A stretch of DNA of 57,684 nt, counting the filler, from Callorhinchus milii (Eukaryota): NCBI RefSeq assembly GCF_018977255.1. It is 2 parts of 2 records of this genome, joined end to end, with 100 filler letters (N's around TTAATTAATTAA, not from the genome) between each part and the next. Parts side by side here need not be neighbours in the genome. Positions count along the whole stretch, not along the records: positions 28,903 to 57,684 come from NW_024705664.1; 1 more part is not named here. The stretch is one strand, 5' to 3'. The position numbers and the translations under genes are program-made. The notes beneath the pieces are model-generated. The model was not told the DNA's origin, did no database searches, and worked only from the letters and a program-made list of their open reading frames with translations. Positions within the stretch are counted from its first letter, which is position 1. Each line of letters begins with the position of its first letter. Positions 53,505 to 57,684 of the stretch are shown one piece after another.

Positions 53505-53758
53505 GTCAGCCTCACGGGGAGGGGGCGGGGGGCTGAGGGGCGGGGGCTGAGAATTGAGGGTGGGGCTGAGGGGCGGTGGGGTGAGGGGCAGGGCTGAGGT
53601 TTGAGAGTGGGGTTGAGGGGTGGGGGCTGAGGGGCGGGGGCTGAGGGTGGAGGGTGGGATTGAGGGGCGGGGGCTGAATGGAGGGTGGGGTTGAGAGGGT
53701 GGTGGGGGGGGGCTGCGAGTGGGGTCATTGCAGGGCTAACCCTATGATTTGCCCACAG

Positions 53759-53839
53759 ACGGTGGGGTTGGTTCTACGGAAACTGATTGGCAGTGTGGAC
53801 ACCCTCCTCCCCCGGCTTCCCCCCTCCTCCCGCACAGAG
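53759..53839 (+). CDS. PTK2B: PTK2B exon, FAT domain: TVGLVLRKLIGSVDTLLPRLPPSSRTE
   Basis: CAG acceptor and GAG|GTCAGC donor; 81 nt. Human equivalent is NVGLTLRKLIGSVDDLLPSLPSSSRTE. Confidence 0.97.
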
Positions 53840-53844
53840 GTCAG

Positions 53845-54670
53845 CCCCCACCCCCACACTCACCCCTCAAACACACTCACCCCTCACGCTCATTCACACT
53901 CTCACTCACCCCTCACACCCACCCCATCACACTCACTCACACCCTCACTCACTCACCCACTCACACTCAGCCCCTCACACTCACCCCCCCACACACACAC
54001 GCAAATAATCACCCCTCACACTGTCACACTCACCCCGTCACACACTCACCGCCTCATACTCACCCCCTCACACACTCACCCCCTCACACACTCACCCCCT
54101 CACCGCCTCACACACTCACTCCGTCACACACTCACTCCGTCACACACCCACTCACTACATTACTCACTCCCTCCCTCAAACACTCACATCTCACTCAAGC
54201 ACTCTAATACTCCTCTCTCACACTCTGTTTTAAACTCACTCCCTCTCCTCTCACTGTCTGTCTCTCACACTCTCCCTCTAATCCTCTCTATCTTCCCCAC
54301 ACACAGTCTCTCTCTGTCACTCTCTCACGCACTCTCACTCATTCACTCTGTCTTCCCATCACATACTCACACACTCTCACACTCTCTCACTCTCCCCCCC
54401 CCACACAGTCTCTCTGTCACACTCACACACTCTCACTCCCTCTCACTATCCCCCTCTCTTACACAAACACAGTCTCTCTGTCATACTCCCTCACACTCTC
54501 ACATTCCCCCTCACACACACAGCCTGTATCTCACACTTTCGCACACTCTCTTTCACTTTCTTTCTCGCACTCACTGTCTCACACACACTCTCACACTTAC
54601 TCACACAGTCTCTCTCTCACACTCACTCACACCCCCTCTCACCCTTTCTCTCACACACGCTGTCTCTCTC
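53845..54670 (+). repeat. CA/CT low-complexity intron
   Basis: CTCACACA mosaic throughout. Confidence 0.85.
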
Positions 54671-54674
54671 TCAG

Positions 54675-54890
54675 ATCCAGGGCACAGTGAAGCTGTTGAA
54701 CAAGGACTTGTCAGAGCTCATTAACAAACTGCGACTGACGCAGCAGAACGTTGTCACGTCTCTCAGTGATGAGTGTAAGCGGCTGATGCTGGCGGCTGCT
54801 CACACACTGGCCGTGGATTCCAAAAACCTGCTGGACGCTGTAGATCAGGCCCGACTGAAAGCTGGAGAGGCCAGGACCCTGCCCGACTGA
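54675..54890 (+). CDS. PTK2B: PTK2B last coding exon: IQGTVKLLNKDLSELINKLRLTQQNVVTSLSDECKRLMLAAAHTLAVDSKNLLDAVDQARLKAGEARTLPD*
   Basis: (CT)n-CAG acceptor and TGA stop at 54888-54890. Human equivalent is IEGTQKLLNKDLAELINKMRLAQQNAVTSLSEECKRQMLTASHTLAVDAKNLLDAVDQA. Confidence 0.97.
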   Translation: MQGTVKLLNKDLSELINKLRLTQQNVVTSLSDECKRLMLAAAHTLAVDSKNLLDAVDQARLKAGEARTLPD

Positions 54891-55057
54891 GCAGCCCCCA
54901 CCAGGAGACACCCCAGGAGACCCCCGAGAGGCTAGGCCATTGCCTGACTAAACCCCTCCGGGAAGCCAACTTGAATGCCCCCCCCCCCGAGGCTAGCTGT
55001 GAGATCGGGGTCAATGGGGAGAGTGGGGAGAGGTATATGGGAATTTTTAAAAACTTT

Positions 55058-55063
55058 ATTAAA
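55058..55063 (+). terminator. Candidate polyadenylation signal ATTAAA for PTK2B
   Basis: 168 nt after the stop codon, with a GT/T-rich element (TTGTGAGTTTTTT) about 30 nt downstream. Confidence 0.5.
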
Positions 55064-55121
55064 AGACCTCATGTGACCAAACTCCCTCCCCACTTGTGAG
55101 TTTTTTATTCTGCTTAGTTAG

Positions 55122-55270
55122 GGTGAGTGTGTAACTGGTGATAGTGTAACTGGTGAGTGTGTAACTGCTGAGTGTGTAACTGGGGATAGTATAACTGGAG
55201 AGTGTGTAACTGATGATAATATAACTGGTGAGTGTGTAAACTGGTGTAGATGGTGGTGAGTGTGTAAACA
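55122..55270 (+). repeat. 15-bp minisatellite (AGTGTGTAACTGGTG)n
   Basis: About 9 degenerate copies. Confidence 0.85.
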
Positions 55271-55567
55271 GTGCTAATGGGTGACCCTAGTGAGACTGAG
55301 CTGAGAGGATCTCCCTGATCTCAGTGTTGTTACACTGGACACTACACGGGAATCGCACACACTGGAGGCTGGTGGTTGGATCAGAAAGGAGCACCTGGTG
55401 TACGCCAGGCTGTGTCTCTGTGTCAGATCATTGCTCAGGGAACCCACCCACCCATGTGGGGGTCAGTGACTTCACCATCTTCCTACCTCGGGCCTCAAGC
55501 TGGAAGCCATGAGAAAACATGGCCAGACTTTGACTTTCACAAGGATGACGAAGACCCTTCAACCCAT

Positions 55568-55637
55568 CAACAACAACAACAACAACAACAACAAGATTCC
55601 ATTTATAAAGCGCCTTTCACGTCAGGAGGACGTCCCA
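55568..55637 (-). mobile_element. Extremely 5'-truncated L2 (or partner SINE) tail
   Basis: (CAA)nGATTCCATTTATAAAGCGCCTTTCACGTCAGGAGGACGTCCCA, the same sequence as the L2 tail at ~35989-36046. Confidence 0.88.
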
Positions 55638-55997
55638 TCTCCTTCCTCCAGACCCCTTCCACTGTAGCCCTTTCCCCTCCATTGCCCCCCCAATCCCCCA
55701 CTACTGTCCCCCCACCAAGATGCTGTTTAAACAGGTCCCAGTGACCTGGCCTCAACTCCTGTCCTGGTAACCCTGTTAATTACCATCTGGGTAAAGAAAC
55801 AGGTCCTGGTGTCTGTCCTGTAATTATTACCGTTTACAGCTCTACACCTGTGGCCTCTGTTTTGGAGATTCCTAAAATATCATTCTGAGGTTACTTTTTC
55901 AATCCCATTTAAAATCTTTTCCCCTTTGTAAGTGCCCTCTAAATCATCTTTCCACATTGAAGAGCTCCAGTTTGTCTAATCACTGCTGATTCCTCTT

Positions 55998-56268
55998 AAC
56001 ACTGGGATCAGCCTCACGGTCTTCTCTGTCTCTAACGCTGGGATCAGCCTCACTGTCTCCTCTGTGTCTATCACTGGGATCAGCCTCACCGCTCTCCTCG
56101 TCTCCAATACTGGATCAGCCTCACTGTCTCCTCTGTCTCTAACACTGGGATCAGCCTCACTGTCTCCTCTGTCTCTAACACTGGGATCAGCCTCACTGTC
56201 TCCTCTGTCTCTAACACTGGGATCAGCCTCACTGTCTCCTCTGTATCTAACACTGGGATCAGCCTCGC
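55998..56268 (+). repeat. 36-bp minisatellite (TAACACTGGGATCAGCCTCACTGTCTCCTCTGTCTC)n, about 7.5 copies
   Basis: Read directly; translates as repeated GSASLSPLSLTL. Confidence 0.93.
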
Positions 56269-56354
56269 TCTTTAAAACCTAACGTCATGCCCACTGAGCA
56301 GGACGAGATACAGGACTCTAGCGTCTGACCAATGATTCTGGAAGAGCGGGGAGA

Positions 56355-56760
56355 GGTGTGTGATGAGGGCTGTGAAGGGGGCTTTCATGGGGAATGTGAT
56401 GGGGGATGTGATGGGGAATGTCATGGAGGCTGTGAGGGGATATGATGGAGGCTTTGATGAGGGACGTGATGGAGGCTGTGATAGGGCATGTGATGGGGAG
56501 TGAGATGGTGGATGTGATGGGGAGTGTAATGGGGGATGTGATGGGGGATGTGATGGTGGTTGTCATAGAGGCTTTGATGGAAGATATGTTGGGAGGCTGT
56601 GATGGGTGTTGACATGGAAGCTGTGATGGGGGATGTGATGGAGGCTATAATAGGGGTTGTGATGGACACTGTAATGGATTATGTGATGGGGGCTTTGATG
56701 GGGGTTGTGATGGGAGGCTTTGATAGGGGATATGATGGGGGCTGTCATGGAGGCTGTGAT
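56355..56760 (+). repeat. Degenerate 12-bp repeat (GTGATGGGGGAT-like)
   Basis: TGATGG recurs with 12-bp period. Confidence 0.85.
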
Positions 56761-57003
56761 CACCCATTCAGTTCTTGGTGGCTAACATGTGTTGGTGATC
56801 ACTGATGTGATATTACAGGGGATCTGGAGTTACTGACTCTCACTGTCTCTCCTGACCATCGTTTTCCGATGTGTTGTTTGACACAATTGGCCCTGATTGC
56901 AACACCAAATTCTGGCTGATGGTGGTTTGACATTTGATCACTTTTCAGCCATTTGTGGCCAAATGCTGAAACCAAGCATGTTTTGAAACATACAGCTGTG
57001 CAC

Positions 57004-57199
57004 TTAGGGTGAGGGTTAGGGTTAGGGTTACGGTTAGGGGTTAGGGTTAGGGTTAGGGTTAGGGTTAGGGTTAGGGGTTAGGGTTAGGGTTAGGTTTAGG
57101 GGTTAGGGTTAGGGTTAGGTTTAGGGTTAGGGTTTAGGGTTGAGGGTTTGGGTTAGGGTGAGGGGTTAGGGTTTAGGGATTGGGTTTACAGTTTAGGGT

Positions 57200-57240
<41 letters not shown>

Positions 57241-57684
57241 GGTTAGGGTTAGGGTTAGGGTTAGGGTTTAGGGTTTAGGGTTTAGGGTTTAGGGTTTAGG
57301 GTTTAGGGTTTAGGGTTAGGGTTTAGGGTTTAGGGTTTAGGGTTTAGGGTTTAGGGTTAGGGTTAGGGTTAGGGTTAGGGTTAGGGTTAGGGTTAGGGTT
57401 TAGGATTAGGGTTAGGGTTAGGGTTAGAGTTGGGGTCTTAGGGTTAGGGTTAGGGTTAGGTTTCGGGTTAGGGTTGGGTTAGGGTTAGGGTTAGGGTTAG
57501 GGTTGGGTTAGGGTTAGGGTTAGGGTAGGGTTAGGGTTCGGGTTAGGGTTAGGGTTAGGGTTAGGGTTAGGGTTAGGGTTAGGGTTAGGGTTAGGGTTAG
57601 GGTTAGGGTTCGGGTTCGGGTTCGGGTTCGGGTTAGGGTTAGGGTTAGGGTTAGGGTTAGGGTTAGGGTTAGGTTAGGGTTAGG
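57004..57684 (+). repeat. Telomeric array (TTAGGG)n with variant repeats, running to the end of the sequence
   Basis: About 680 bp of TTAGGG in G-strand 5'->3' orientation. Variants include TTTAGGG, TTAGGGG, TTCGGG, TTGGG and TGAGGG. Confidence 0.97.

Noticed and set aside
53361..54890. PTK2 (FAK) instead of PTK2B
   Set aside because: Diagnostic residues (DRTDD.VY.NVMELVRAVLELK, RKLIGSVD, VTSLS.ECKR, VPE.LCASSP) match PYK2.

Overview
The window is eukaryotic and has two halves of almost equal size (1-28802 and 28903-57684). They are joined by a 100-bp spacer (44 N + TTAATTAATTAA + 44 N) that looks synthetic, so real adjacency should not be assumed. The left half is a very AT-rich tandem array of about 30 monomers of ~697 bp (two diverged types, A and B), grouped into 13 higher-order units separated by tetranucleotide microsatellite spacers. 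Every complete monomer carries a short TTAGGG tract in G-strand orientation and a 27-bp subterminal inverted repeat. The spacer is a fold-back palindrome that grows across units 1-4 and loses its purine arm from unit 5 onward. The right half is a GC-rich vertebrate chromosome end, probably a cartilaginous fish judging by the Deu-domain SINEs, L2 and CR1. It holds the last nine coding exons of PTK2B/PYK2 (295 aa, proline-rich region plus FAT domain), with introns full of L2, CR1, SINEs and minisatellites. A (TTAGGG)n telomere starts only ~2.1 kb after the stop codon. The best candidate for something new is the telomere-seeded satellite, possibly a recombination-maintained chromosome-end structure, but that role is inference. 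Nearly all ORFs in the supplied track are repeat artefacts.
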